64,000 nt of DNA from an uncultured Sangeribacter sp. (GCA_964421525.1 CAYQXG010000002.1:367-64366), one strand, 5' to 3'; positions 37,144 to 47,955 are shown, counted from the first letter of the stretch. The notes: generated by a model not told the origin, from the letters alone. Numbers and translations are program-made.

Positions 37144-38084
37144 AGAAGATAAACATCATGATGCTCGGAGGAGCGCGTCGTGTATCAATGGCAGAGCTGT
37201 TCAAACGAAGCGGCGAGCGAATAGGCCGTGAGGTGAACATTATCAGCTATGAACTCATGGAGCAGGTGCCTATTGCATTGGTTGGTAAGGTAATAGTCGG
37301 TCTTCGTTGGAGCGATCCAAACGTAGTTGCAGATATTGTAAAGGTTGCCAAGGAATATGAGATCGACATAATTCTTCCGTTTGTTGACGGTGCAATAGAG
37401 ATAGCGTCGAAAGTGCGCCAGCACCTACCGGGTGTATTTGTTCCGGTGGGCGATTTTGAGACGAGCCGCACGATGTTTGACAAGGTGGAGGCTGCCAAGG
37501 CATTTGAGAAGGCAGGGATTCCGATTCCAAAGACCTATACAGCCATCAATGCGAAGATGCCGGCAATAGCAAAACCCCGCAAGGGTTCGGCATCGCGAGG
37601 GATAAAGATTTTCCATACCCTCGACGAACTAATGCAACTAAACAATCTGAGCGATTATCTCGTTCAGGAATATCTTGAGAACAGAGATGAGTACACTGTG
37701 GACTGCTACGTATCGCAAAGCGGAGAGATACTTACTGTGGTGCCAAGGGTGCGTCTCGAGGTTATGGGGGGCGAGGTGACCCGCACTATCACATGCCGCA
37801 ACAACACTCTCGACAAACTTAGCCGTCGGGTTATTGAGACATTCAATCTCAGAGGCCCCGTAACGCTTCAGTTCCTTCACGATCTCGACAGGAACCGCTA
37901 CCTGCTGATGGAGGTCAATCCCAGGCTTGGAGGGGGAGTTGTATGTTCGATCTATGCAGGCGCGCCAATAACCGATTATATCATAGATGAGTCGCGGGGG
38001 ATAACGCTTCAGCCATGCGACGACTGGGCTTACAACACTCTGATGGCACGCTATCAGAAAGAGGCGATCTTCTACGAGTCGTGA
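37140..38084 (+). CDS. ATP-grasp domain protein
   Basis: DK...IPIP, KPRKGSAS.G, QEYL, EYTVD, MEVNPRLGGG. Confidence 0.85.
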   Translation: MKKINIMMLGGARRVSMAELFKRSGERIGREVNIISYELMEQVPIALVGKVIVGLRWSDPNVVADIVKVAKEYEIDIILPFVDGAIEIASKVRQHLPGVFVPVGDFETSRTMFDKVEAAKAFEKAGIPIPKTYTAINAKMPAIAKPRKGSASRGIKIFHTLDELMQLNNLSDYLVQEYLENRDEYTVDCYVSQSGEILTVVPRVRLEVMGGEVTRTITCRNNTLDKLSRRVIETFNLRGPVTLQFLHDLDRNRYLLMEVNPRLGGGVVCSIYAGAPITDYIIDESRGITLQPCDDWAYNTLMARYQKEAIFYES

Positions 38085-38140
38085 TTACACGGTTTCAACA
38101 GCGGCGGCTTAGATGCAGATGTATGATTTTTATGAAAAAA

Positions 38141-38172
38141 GTTGCAAGTTTAACGTAATTTATGTAACTTTG
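38141..38172 (+). promoter_or_regulatory. Promoter for TPR lipoprotein
   Basis: GTTG-N20-TAACTTTG. Confidence 0.7.
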
Positions 38173-38261
38173 ATTCCAAATATCGTCAGATTTGTATGAA
38201 CATATAGATTGAGATGAACGTATATAATTTATAACCCGAATTTTAGTTAGTTTTTATACAC

Positions 38262-39950
38262 ATGATCATGAAAAAAACATTAGTTTATGTATCAATGGGA
38301 GCAATCGCCCTGACATTGGGTTCCTGCTCCAAGAAGGTGGGTGATTTCGCATCCGAGTATTTCACCACAAATCCGACTCCGCTTGAGACAGTAGGCGAGA
38401 CAGTGCCGGCCACAATTTCAGGAACAGTTCCTGCCAAGTTCATGCCGAAGAATGCGGTAGTGACCGTAACCCCGGTCCTTGTATGGGACGGCGGTGAGGC
38501 TTCCAGCTCACAGGTTACATTCCAGGGAGAAAACGCACGTGCAAACGGACAGGTGATTTCCTACAGCGACGGAGGTCCGGTTACAATTCCGTTTAATGTG
38601 AAATATCAGCCAGAGATGGTCAACAGCGACCTTTATCTTGACTTTAAGGTTAATCAGGGAAACAAGGACTATGTTCTTCCTCGTGTCAAGGTTGGCTATG
38701 GTGTGATTGCAACCTCTACCCTTACCGACATTGCAGTTCTTGAGCCTGCGGCTTCTGCAAGCAATTTCGAGCGCATCATCAAGGAACAGTATAGCGCAGA
38801 AATCAAGTTCCTCATCAACCAGGCAAACATCCGTGCAAACCAGATCAAAGCAGCAGACTACGTAGATCTCAACAACGAGCTTCTTGCAGCTAACGCAGCT
38901 CCCAATATGGAAATCGCAGGTGTGAATGTTCACTCTTATGCTTCTCCTGACGGTACAATGGCATTCAACACAGCACTTGCCGAGAAGCGTGAGGTCAACA
39001 CTGTAGACTATATGCGCAACCAGCTCAAGAAAGATAAGATCACTGAATTCGGTGAACTCACTTCTGAATTCACTCCGGAAGACTGGGAAGGTTTCCAGCA
39101 GCTCGTAGAGAAGAGCAATATCCAGGACAAGAATCTTATCCTGAGCGTTCTTAAAATGTATAAGGATCCGGAACAGCGCGAAAGAGAAATCCGTAACATG
39201 TCGGCTGTATTCAATGAACTCGCTGATCAGATCCTCCCGCAGCTCCGTTACTCAAAGATCGTTGCTACAGTCAATGTAATCGGCAAGAGCGATGCAGAAC
39301 TCCTCACACTGATCGAATCATCACCTAACGAGCTCAACATTGAAGAGATTCTCTACACAGCTACACTCGTTGACGACAACAAGCGCAAGGCTGCTATCTA
39401 TGCAACAGCAACCCAGCTCTTCCCGAACGACTACCGCACATGGAATAACCTTGGTGCAACCCAGTTCAGCCTCGGCAACTATGATGCAGCTTCAAATGCA
39501 CTCGCTAAGGCTGCTCAGCTCGCACCCAACAACAAGGAAGTTGAGCTCAACCAGGGCCTTATCGCACTCGCAAACAAGGACATGAGCAAGGCTAAGGATC
39601 TCATCGGCGGAGCAGCCGGCGTTCCTGAGGCAGCAGCAGCACTCGGCGTTCTCTATATCGGCGAAGGTCAGGTTTCAAACGCAGTCAACAGCTTGAGCGG
39701 AGTAAAGAACAACAACGCAGCACTTGCACAGATTCTTTCAAAAGACTACAGCGCAGCTAAGAACACACTTGCAGGTATTCAGAACCCCAATGCAAACACC
39801 TACTATCTTGCAGCTATCGTAGGTGCACGCACCAACAATGAGAATATGGTTCTCACTAACCTCCGCGAAGCTATCAAGCTTGACAACAGCATGCTCGCAA
39901 AGGCACAGAAGGACCTTGAATTCGCAAGCTACAATCTTGGCGGACTCTAA
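38262..39950 (+). CDS. Lipoprotein with OmpA-like and TPR domains
   Basis: Lipobox LGSC; YASPDG..FN..LA.KR OmpA-like motif; TPR helices. Confidence 0.8.
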   Translation: MIMKKTLVYVSMGAIALTLGSCSKKVGDFASEYFTTNPTPLETVGETVPATISGTVPAKFMPKNAVVTVTPVLVWDGGEASSSQVTFQGENARANGQVISYSDGGPVTIPFNVKYQPEMVNSDLYLDFKVNQGNKDYVLPRVKVGYGVIATSTLTDIAVLEPAASASNFERIIKEQYSAEIKFLINQANIRANQIKAADYVDLNNELLAANAAPNMEIAGVNVHSYASPDGTMAFNTALAEKREVNTVDYMRNQLKKDKITEFGELTSEFTPEDWEGFQQLVEKSNIQDKNLILSVLKMYKDPEQREREIRNMSAVFNELADQILPQLRYSKIVATVNVIGKSDAELLTLIESSPNELNIEEILYTATLVDDNKRKAAIYATATQLFPNDYRTWNNLGATQFSLGNYDAASNALAKAAQLAPNNKEVELNQGLIALANKDMSKAKDLIGGAAGVPEAAAALGVLYIGEGQVSNAVNSLSGVKNNNAALAQILSKDYSAAKNTLAGIQNPNANTYYLAAIVGARTNNENMVLTNLREAIKLDNSMLAKAQKDLEFASYNLGGL

Positions 39951-40010
39951 TTAAAGGATGAAATAACGTCGATGACAAAAATTGACGCTTGAAAATATTA
40001 TCCGACCTTA

Positions 40011-40042
40011 AGGGCGTGGGCCGTGACAGGCCCACGCCCTAC
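40011..40042 (-). repeat. GTAG-type REP-like palindrome
   Basis: Minus strand GTAGGGCGTGGGCC-TGTCAC-GGCCCACGCCCT; perfect 12-bp stem. Confidence 0.6.
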
Positions 40043-40064
40043 CAATACTCAACATTCTATCGAA

Positions 40065-41651
40065 ATGGTTTTAAAATACGACTATCTTGTGATCGGCTCG
40101 GGAGTTGCCGGAATGAGTTTTGCCTTGAAAGTTGCTTCACCGCAACATCGCGTGGCAATAATATGCAAGACAACTCTTGAAGAAGCCAATACATTTTTTG
40201 CACAGGGAGGAGTGGCAAGTGTCACCAATCTTGCGGTGGACGATTTTGACAAGCATATACACGACACGATGGTGGCGGGTGACTGGCTGTCAGACCGTGA
40301 TGCAGTGGAGAAAGTTGTTAAAAATGCCCCTTCGCAGATAAATGAACTGCTAAAGTGGGGTGTAGACTTCGATAAGAAGGAAGACGGAACGTTTGATCTT
40401 CATAGAGAGGGTGGACATTCGGAATTCCGTATCCTTCATCACGCCGACAACACAGGAGCAGCCATTCAGGAATCACTGATAGAACGGATAAAGGAGAATC
40501 CAGATATCGACATATACGAGCATAGTTTTGCTGTGGAGATCATCACCCAGCATCATTTAGGAAAGATCGTTACCCGACGCACTCCAGACATCACATGCTA
40601 CGGAGCATACGTGCTTGATGAGAAGACAGAAAAAGTCAATACATTCCTTGCTAAAGTGACAGTTATGGCGACCGGAGGTGTCGGAGCATGCTACACCACC
40701 ACCACCAACCCCTTGACGGCAACAGGCGACGGGATAGCGATGGTCTACCGTGCGAAGGGAACAGTCAGCGACATGGAATTCATACAGTTTCATCCCACCG
40801 CTCTATATCATCCGGGCGACCGCCCCAGTTTCCTTATCACGGAAGCTATGCGTGGCTACGGGGCTGTATTAAAGACCACAGATGGAAAGGAATTCATGCA
40901 TAAATACGATTCCCGTCTTTCACTTGCACCACGCGACATAGTGGCCCGCGCGATAGATTCAGAGATGAAACTGACCGGTACTGATCATGTATGTCTCGAC
41001 GTCACCCACAAGGATCCGGAGGAGACAAAGAAACATTTCCCGAATATCTACGAGAAATGCCTGTCGCTTGGAATAGATATCACCAAGGAAATGATACCGG
41101 TTGCACCGGCAGCACACTATCTTTGCGGCGGCATCAAGGTCGACCTTGACGGGCAGTCGAGCATCGACCGCCTCTATGCCATAGGAGAATGCTCATGCAC
41201 TGGACTTCACGGCGGCAACCGTCTGGCATCAAATTCGCTCATAGAGGCGGTGGTCTATGCTGATGCTGCCGCCAAGCACTCGCTTGACAGAATAGATGGC
41301 ATTGATTTCAGGACCGACGTGCCGGAATGGAACGACGAAGGCACGACCCATACTGAAGAGATGGTGCTTATCACGCAGTCGGAGAAGGAAGTTAACCAGA
41401 TCATGGGTTATTACGTGGGAATAGTTAGGAGCAACTTGCGTCTTGACCGCGCATGGAACCGTCTTGACATATTATATCAGGAGACAGAGAAACTATTTAA
41501 GGAAAGCAAGCCAACGCGTGCTCTCTGCGAGCTAAGAAACATTATCAACATCGGCTATCTCATAATGCGCCAGGCACGTGAACGAAAGGAGAGCCGAGGA
41601 CTTCATTTCACTGTAGATTATCCTCATCCGGAGCTGGATAACGAACCATGA
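40065..41651 (+). CDS. nadB: L-aspartate oxidase
   Basis: GSGVAG, AQGGVA, EGGHS..RILH, QFHPT, HGGNRLASNSL. Confidence 0.96.
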   Translation: MVLKYDYLVIGSGVAGMSFALKVASPQHRVAIICKTTLEEANTFFAQGGVASVTNLAVDDFDKHIHDTMVAGDWLSDRDAVEKVVKNAPSQINELLKWGVDFDKKEDGTFDLHREGGHSEFRILHHADNTGAAIQESLIERIKENPDIDIYEHSFAVEIITQHHLGKIVTRRTPDITCYGAYVLDEKTEKVNTFLAKVTVMATGGVGACYTTTTNPLTATGDGIAMVYRAKGTVSDMEFIQFHPTALYHPGDRPSFLITEAMRGYGAVLKTTDGKEFMHKYDSRLSLAPRDIVARAIDSEMKLTGTDHVCLDVTHKDPEETKKHFPNIYEKCLSLGIDITKEMIPVAPAAHYLCGGIKVDLDGQSSIDRLYAIGECSCTGLHGGNRLASNSLIEAVVYADAAAKHSLDRIDGIDFRTDVPEWNDEGTTHTEEMVLITQSEKEVNQIMGYYVGIVRSNLRLDRAWNRLDILYQETEKLFKESKPTRALCELRNIINIGYLIMRQARERKESRGLHFTVDYPHPELDNEP

Positions 41652-41697
41652 GGTTGAGAACAGTGTTAAGACTCTAAAGATTAATAGAAAATTCCGT

Positions 41698-43386
41698 ATG
41701 AAAAGGATTATACTGCCATTGTTGGCATTGATTATCGTGTGGCCTGGAGCAGACGCCAAAAAAAGCCACGACATGTCGCTCCAGCGCAATCTTAAGACTT
41801 TCAATTCTATGGTGAAAGTGTTGGAGGATAATTATGTAGACTCAATCAGAATAGACGAGGCGTTCAATGCGGCGTCGCGCGCTATGCTGAACACTGTAGA
41901 TCCTTACACGGAATATTATACGCCTGAAGACCGCGATGCCTTGATGAAAATGACCACCGGTGAGTATGCCGGGATAGGCAGCTACATCACTGAATATGAA
42001 GGCTATGTATGTATATCGCAACCTATGGAGGGGAGCCCTTCTGCCAATGCAGGTCTAATGCCGGGCGACAAGATAGTGAAAGTCGACACAGTGGCAACCA
42101 AGGGATTGAAGAGCGATGCAGTGTCAAAGTTACTTAAAGGTACACCCGGGACGGATGTATATATCGAGGTTATACGCCCGTATGTGGCAGATTCATTGAA
42201 GAAGTTCACTGTCACGAGAGAGAAAGTAGCGGAGAAATCAGTGCCATATTTCGGCATGGTCAGTCCAACGACAGGCTATATAAGGCTCACGAGCTACATA
42301 ATGAAGTCGGCGGAAGAAGTTTCTGCAGCCCTTGACACCCTAAAGAAAAATCCGGGATTCTCTCAACTTATCCTCGATCTCCGTGGCAATGGAGGAGGTC
42401 TGGTCGAGAGTGCCATAGATATATTAGGAAACTTTCTGCCCAAGGGCACGCAGGTGCTCCGCACCAGTGGCAATGGAAAGGAGCGAATCTACAAGACGAC
42501 TCACAATCCAAGATTCCCGGATATCCCGCTTGTGGTGCTTACCGACGGGGGCACTGCATCAGCCTCGGAAATCACGGCAGGTGCACTTCAGGATCTTGAC
42601 AGGGCAGTTCTCGTAGGCAGCCGAAGCTATGGAAAGGGTCTTGTGCAGTCCACATTCCAGCTGCCGCATGATGCAGTGCTGAAAGTCACTGTGTCGAAAT
42701 ATTACATACCGTCGGGACGTCTTATACAGGCACTCGATTACTCACGTCGCAATCCGGATGGAAGTGTAGCACGTACCCCGGATTCCCTGACCAACGTCTA
42801 CTATACTTCAAGAGGACGTGAGGTGCGCGACGGCGGTGGCTTGCAACCAGACTCCGTGGTTAAGAACAATATTTATTCAGACGTGCTCTACAATCTGGTG
42901 ACGAAAAACAAGATATTTGATTTTGCCAACAAATACAGGGCTGAGCATCCTGAAGCAATTTCTCTCGATGAATTCGTAATAAATGATGATGTCTATGCCC
43001 AGTTCACTGAGTTTGTAACCGGGAGCGGCATGAAATATGACACCTCATTTGATGCCTTGATCAAGGAAATCAGGAAGCAAGCAGATGAGCAAGGATATAT
43101 GACCGGTGAAAACGACTCTACGCTTAAGGTGCTTGAGAAGTCGCTGGGCAGTGATCTATCACGAGATCTCGAATTCAAAAAGAAAGAAATCAAGGACTAT
43201 CTTGCAGAAGAGATTGCCACCCGCTACTATGGCGAGCGTGGTCGTTTGGCTGTGGAGGTCAAGACTGATCCTGTGGTTGAGAAAGCAATCGAGATAATCG
43301 AATCGCCAGTCTATGATGCGATATTAAGAGGCAACCCCTCATCGGATAAAGGAACTCAGGCAACGAAGAAAGGAAAAGGCAAATGA
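41698..43386 (+). CDS. C-terminal processing protease, S41 family
   Basis: DPYT, PDZ GIG, DLRGNGGG, ASASEI, GKGLVQ. Confidence 0.93.
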   Translation: MKRIILPLLALIIVWPGADAKKSHDMSLQRNLKTFNSMVKVLEDNYVDSIRIDEAFNAASRAMLNTVDPYTEYYTPEDRDALMKMTTGEYAGIGSYITEYEGYVCISQPMEGSPSANAGLMPGDKIVKVDTVATKGLKSDAVSKLLKGTPGTDVYIEVIRPYVADSLKKFTVTREKVAEKSVPYFGMVSPTTGYIRLTSYIMKSAEEVSAALDTLKKNPGFSQLILDLRGNGGGLVESAIDILGNFLPKGTQVLRTSGNGKERIYKTTHNPRFPDIPLVVLTDGGTASASEITAGALQDLDRAVLVGSRSYGKGLVQSTFQLPHDAVLKVTVSKYYIPSGRLIQALDYSRRNPDGSVARTPDSLTNVYYTSRGREVRDGGGLQPDSVVKNNIYSDVLYNLVTKNKIFDFANKYRAEHPEAISLDEFVINDDVYAQFTEFVTGSGMKYDTSFDALIKEIRKQADEQGYMTGENDSTLKVLEKSLGSDLSRDLEFKKKEIKDYLAEEIATRYYGERGRLAVEVKTDPVVEKAIEIIESPVYDAILRGNPSSDKGTQATKKGKGK

Positions 43387-46300
43387 GCGGCATGATGACG
43401 CTTGGGGAAGCAGCATCGTTATTCGCAACAACGCCCAGGCAGGAAGCTCTTAGGAAACTTATCGACGACCGCAAGATCTCTCGCGTGTCGCTGACAGGAC
43501 TTAAGGGTTCGTCGGCCGCTATGCTTCTCGGTAAGCTTTCCAATTGCAAGAGACCGATGGTGATAGTGGCTGATGATGCGGATAGTGCCGGATATCTATA
43601 CCATGACCTTTCAAGGGTGGCGGAATGTGAAGTGGGATTTTTCCCTTCCGGCTACAAACGGCATATAAAGTATGGACGCATCGACGCCCCTCAGCAGATT
43701 CTTAGAGCAGAGACTCTGGACGGGTGGCGCAATAAACGTCTGGGATTGGTAGTCACCTATCCGGATGCCCTTGCGGAGCGGGTGCCTTTGAGGGAAGAAC
43801 TTGAGAGAAACACACTTCATCTCTCTACGACGAAAAGGGCAGATATTGGCAAGATAGAGGATAGGCTTGAGGAAATGGGTTTCCGACACGTTGATTACGT
43901 CTACGAACCGGGTCAATTTGCCCGCAGAGGATCGATTCTCGACGTTTTTCCCTATTCAAATGAACTTCCCTACCGCATAGACTTTTTTGACGATGAAATC
44001 GACTCTATACGTAGCTTCAATGTGGAGACTCAGTTGTCGGAGCAGCGTCTTGGAGAAGTGTCGATCGTACCTGCCTCCGCAGCAGAGGGGAAGGGGGAAC
44101 ATGGAGTATCGTTGCTCGAATTCATCGGAAAAGAGACGGTGCTATTTGTTGCCGATACAAAAGTTTTGGAAGCCACGGTCAGGGACATTGCATCGCAGCA
44201 TTACTCCGAATCAGCAGCCATAGCTGAGGAAGGGGATTCCCAGGCAATGGATAAGGTGGTTGATGCGGAAGATTTTGTGATGAGGCTTGCCGGTTTCAGG
44301 ATATTTGAGTTCGGGATGACGGCAAGCGTGTCGGGAGCAGATGCAGTGCTGTCGTTCGACACCTCTCCGCAGGCTCTCTACCATAAGAATTTCGATATTA
44401 TTTCGGAATCCTTCATCAAGATGACATCGGAGGGTTACCGACTTCTCATACTTAGCGATTCTGCCTATCAAGGAGAACGCCTGAAGGAGATATTTGCAGA
44501 CAGGGGCGACAATATTCAGTTTACTCCGGTAGCCCAGACAATTCATGCAGGGTTTGTTGACCACGAGAGGAGAATATGCTTCTTCACCGATCACCAGATC
44601 TTCGACCGTTTTCATAAATACAGTCTTAAATCAGACAGGGCGCGAAGCGGGAAACTTGCTCTCTCGCTCAAGGAGTTGAACCAGATAGAGATTGGTGACT
44701 ATATAGTGCATATAGACCATGGCATAGGGAAATTTGCAGGCCTTATCAAAACCGATACCAACGGACGACCCCAGGAGATGATCAAGCTTCTCTATCAGAA
44801 CGACGATATGGTGCTAGTGTCGATTCATTCTCTCCATAAGCTGTCGAAATACAGGGGCAAGGAGGGAGTGCCGCCAAAGATCAACAAACTTGGCTCAGGG
44901 GCATGGAACCGCGTCAAGGACCGCACTAAGAGCAAGATGAAGGATATAGCCCGCGACCTCATAAAACTCTATGCGGCGCGTCGCGAGGAAAAGGGCTTTG
45001 CATTCTCTCCTGATTCATATCTGCAGCATGAGCTTGAAGCAAGCTTTATCTATGAGGATACTCCCGACCAGCTCAAGGCGACCCAAGCAATAAAGGCTGA
45101 CATGGAGAGCGCACGCCCCATGGACAGGCTTGTCTGCGGCGACGTAGGATTCGGGAAGACAGAACTTGCCATACGCGCGGCTTTCAAGGCAGCAACAGAT
45201 TCGAAGCAGACAGCAGTGCTGGTGCCGACGACGGTGCTTGCCATGCAGCACTACCGCACATTCAAGCAGCGCCTCAAAGATCTTCCGGTCAGGGTAGAAT
45301 TCCTTTCGAGGGCAAAGAAACCAAAGGAGGTGAAGCAAATACTTGCTGATCTGGAGGCCGGAAAAGTTGATATACTGATTGGTACTCATAAGTTGATTGG
45401 GAAGAGTGTCAAATTCAAGGATCTCGGACTGCTCATAGTCGACGAGGAACAGAAATTCGGAGTTGCAGTGAAGGAAAAACTGAAACAGATGAAGGTGAAT
45501 GTGGATACACTCACCATGAGCGCAACCCCAATTCCTCGCACACTGCAGTTCTCTTTGATGGGTGCAAGAGACCTTAGTTCGCTCAATACGCCACCAGCCA
45601 ACAGGCATCCCGTAGTTACGACTGTGGCATCGCTCGACGACGACATGGTCAGGGAGGCAGTGAACTTTGAACTTTCGCGCAACGGGCAGTTATTTGTAAT
45701 CTCCAACCGTATAGAAAATCTTAATGTGCTCGAGAATATGCTCCATCGTCTTGTTCCGGACGCAAGGGTTGTCAAGGCGCACGGACAGATGGCCCCGGAG
45801 CAGCTTGAGAAGGCTATTCTGGACTTTGCGGCACATGACTATGACATACTTCTTTCCACGACCATCGTTGAAAACGGAGTGGACATGCCGAACGTGAACA
45901 CCATAATAGTTAATAATGCGCAGAATTTCGGCCTGTCGGAACTTCATCAACTTCGCGGGCGCGTAGGGCGCAGCGACAGGAAAGCGTTCTGCTATTTCAT
46001 GGTTCCGGCAGGAATTACGCTGACGCCTGTTGCGAGAAGAAGGCTTCAGGCCATAGAGAGTTTCAGTGATCTTGGAAGTGGCATCCACATCGCTATGCAG
46101 GATCTTGACATACGTGGTGCCGGAAATCTCTTAGGTGCGGAACAGTCCGGATTCATCGCAGATCTGGGCTATGAGACATATCAGAAGATACTGAAGGAGT
46201 CGGTGCTTGAACTGAAGACGGAAGAATTTGCCGATACTTTTGCCGATGTTTCAAAAGGTGAGGAGGAATTTGTGGCCGACTGTGCGATAGAGAGTGACCT

Positions 46301-46736
46301 TGAACTGAGATTGCCGCCATTATATGTGCCGCAGGAGAGTGAGCGTATATCGCTCTATCAAGAGCTCGACAATATGGAGAATGAGGAACAGATAGAAGAG
46401 TTCCGCACTCAGTTGAAAGACAGATTCGGAGCGATTCCTGCAACCACGGAGGAGCTGATAAAGGTTGTGCCTTTGAGAATGGTTGCAAAACGCCTTGGAA
46501 TCGAGCGCCTGACACTCAAAGGCGGAAAGATGTATATGTATTTTGTAGGTGAGGAAAACGCAGCGTATTACCAGTCGGCGGCTTTCGGACGCATGCTCGC
46601 ATGGCTTCAGTTGGATCCTAAGCGCACTAAGCTAAGAGACGTCAACGGAAAGCGCTCATTTCTTGTCTCCGACGTACCGACGGTGTCGGAAGCCCTATCT
46701 ATATTGGAAACCATACGCTCGCTGCCTTCCTTGTGA
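43383..46736 (+). CDS. mfd: Transcription-repair coupling factor
   Basis: UvrB-homology region, CarD-like HIDHGIG, GDVGFGKT, DEEQKFG, DLDIRGAG. Confidence 0.97.
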   Translation: MSGMMTLGEAASLFATTPRQEALRKLIDDRKISRVSLTGLKGSSAAMLLGKLSNCKRPMVIVADDADSAGYLYHDLSRVAECEVGFFPSGYKRHIKYGRIDAPQQILRAETLDGWRNKRLGLVVTYPDALAERVPLREELERNTLHLSTTKRADIGKIEDRLEEMGFRHVDYVYEPGQFARRGSILDVFPYSNELPYRIDFFDDEIDSIRSFNVETQLSEQRLGEVSIVPASAAEGKGEHGVSLLEFIGKETVLFVADTKVLEATVRDIASQHYSESAAIAEEGDSQAMDKVVDAEDFVMRLAGFRIFEFGMTASVSGADAVLSFDTSPQALYHKNFDIISESFIKMTSEGYRLLILSDSAYQGERLKEIFADRGDNIQFTPVAQTIHAGFVDHERRICFFTDHQIFDRFHKYSLKSDRARSGKLALSLKELNQIEIGDYIVHIDHGIGKFAGLIKTDTNGRPQEMIKLLYQNDDMVLVSIHSLHKLSKYRGKEGVPPKINKLGSGAWNRVKDRTKSKMKDIARDLIKLYAARREEKGFAFSPDSYLQHELEASFIYEDTPDQLKATQAIKADMESARPMDRLVCGDVGFGKTELAIRAAFKAATDSKQTAVLVPTTVLAMQHYRTFKQRLKDLPVRVEFLSRAKKPKEVKQILADLEAGKVDILIGTHKLIGKSVKFKDLGLLIVDEEQKFGVAVKEKLKQMKVNVDTLTMSATPIPRTLQFSLMGARDLSSLNTPPANRHPVVTTVASLDDDMVREAVNFELSRNGQLFVISNRIENLNVLENMLHRLVPDARVVKAHGQMAPEQLEKAILDFAAHDYDILLSTTIVENGVDMPNVNTIIVNNAQNFGLSELHQLRGRVGRSDRKAFCYFMVPAGITLTPVARRRLQAIESFSDLGSGIHIAMQDLDIRGAGNLLGAEQSGFIADLGYETYQKILKESVLELKTEEFADTFADVSKGEEEFVADCAIESDLELRLPPLYVPQESERISLYQELDNMENEEQIEEFRTQLKDRFGAIPATTEELIKVVPLRMVAKRLGIERLTLKGGKMYMYFVGEENAAYYQSAAFGRMLAWLQLDPKRTKLRDVNGKRSFLVSDVPTVSEALSILETIRSLPSL

Positions 46737-46788
46737 GAGCGGATGTTTGAGTGTTTCTTAAAGAAAATATAAAGAAAACAAGATTGCT

Positions 46789-47859
46789 ATGAATGTGGAT
46801 TGTGTCACAGGCAAATTTGCAAGAATATTTGCAAGCCTTGTCATGTTGTTGCCTTGTATCATCCCGGTTTATGGAGATAACAGCGTCAGTCGTTCCCTTT
46901 CAGACAGTGTGGTGCCGAAGGGGCGTATCATGTTGATAGGCAAGGGGCTATCCAATAGCGCAGATGACAAGACAGATATATGGTTTGATCTGATAAGTTC
47001 GGAACCCTTCATTATATATAAGGTTGAATGGATCAATGTGGATTCCGTCAGAGAAACGTTGCAGCCTTTTTATCTCGAGGCCAACAATACAGATGGGAAG
47101 GCAACCGCGTGGCACATTAATCTTGAGTTCCCGTTCACAAGCAGCTTTGGCCAATATGATCAGTTGAAAATCCACACCGATAAAGGAATTATAAGACAGT
47201 TCACCAGTTCAGAAGGCCAATATGAACATGAGATAAGGAATCTTAAGAAAAACCATGATGAATATGTTGCGGAATCCAAAAGGTCGGTGCATAATATCCG
47301 CATCGTAGCCGCAATATTGCTTGCCTTTATCATCGTCGGCGGGGGATTTGTCTTCATCATGTTGCGCAGGCGATTGGCAAAAAGAAGGATGGAAATCGAG
47401 GAACTATCGCTCATGATAGAGGAGCGGTCGGAAACCAATCTCGCCCTGCGTAGAAAAGTAAATGAATTGTACAAAAGCCGTCTTGACACCCTCAATATGC
47501 TTTGCAACGGCTATTTCGACAATAACGAGTCGGAAAAGATGAAGGAAGTATTCTATAAGGACGTGGAGAAACAAATCCTTGCTCTTAGAGACAACAAGAG
47601 TGTGGAGGCACTTGAGGACATAGTCAATGAATATCTCGACAATACCATGCTTCGGATCAGGGAGCAGATTCCGGAGCTTACACTAAACGACCTGAAATTC
47701 CTTACATACATATATGCGGGATTTTCCCCACGTGCCGTCTGCATCTTCATGAACATAAAGATCAAGACCTTCTATAACCGCCGCAATATGCTTAAAGAGC
47801 GTATTCTTGAGTCGGATGCTCCTGACCGGGAGATTTTAGTTTCCAAAATGTTCCGCTAA
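46789..47859 (+). CDS. Membrane-anchored regulator with C-terminal LuxR-like HTH
   Basis: Signal-like N-terminus, TM IVAAILLAFIIVGGGFVFIML, coiled coil, GFSPRAVCIFM..KTFYNRR HTH. Confidence 0.7.
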   Translation: MNVDCVTGKFARIFASLVMLLPCIIPVYGDNSVSRSLSDSVVPKGRIMLIGKGLSNSADDKTDIWFDLISSEPFIIYKVEWINVDSVRETLQPFYLEANNTDGKATAWHINLEFPFTSSFGQYDQLKIHTDKGIIRQFTSSEGQYEHEIRNLKKNHDEYVAESKRSVHNIRIVAAILLAFIIVGGGFVFIMLRRRLAKRRMEIEELSLMIEERSETNLALRRKVNELYKSRLDTLNMLCNGYFDNNESEKMKEVFYKDVEKQILALRDNKSVEALEDIVNEYLDNTMLRIREQIPELTLNDLKFLTYIYAGFSPRAVCIFMNIKIKTFYNRRNMLKERILESDAPDREILVSKMFR

Positions 47860-47879
47860 CTGCCTGATAATTAATATAG

Positions 47880-47951
47880 GGACAATTAAAATATTCCTTG
47901 TTTTGATTATCAATTAATTATCTATTGCGAAAAGGACAAAAAGGGTATTCC
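47880..47951 (+). promoter_or_regulatory. Two putative operator sites
   Basis: GGACAA-N6-TATTCC at 47880-47897 and 47934-47951. Confidence 0.5.
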
Positions 47952-47955
47952 CTTA

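Noticed and set aside
45015-46088. Several 130-200 aa ORFs antisense to mfd
   Set aside because: Fully overlap conserved mfd; no coding evidence.
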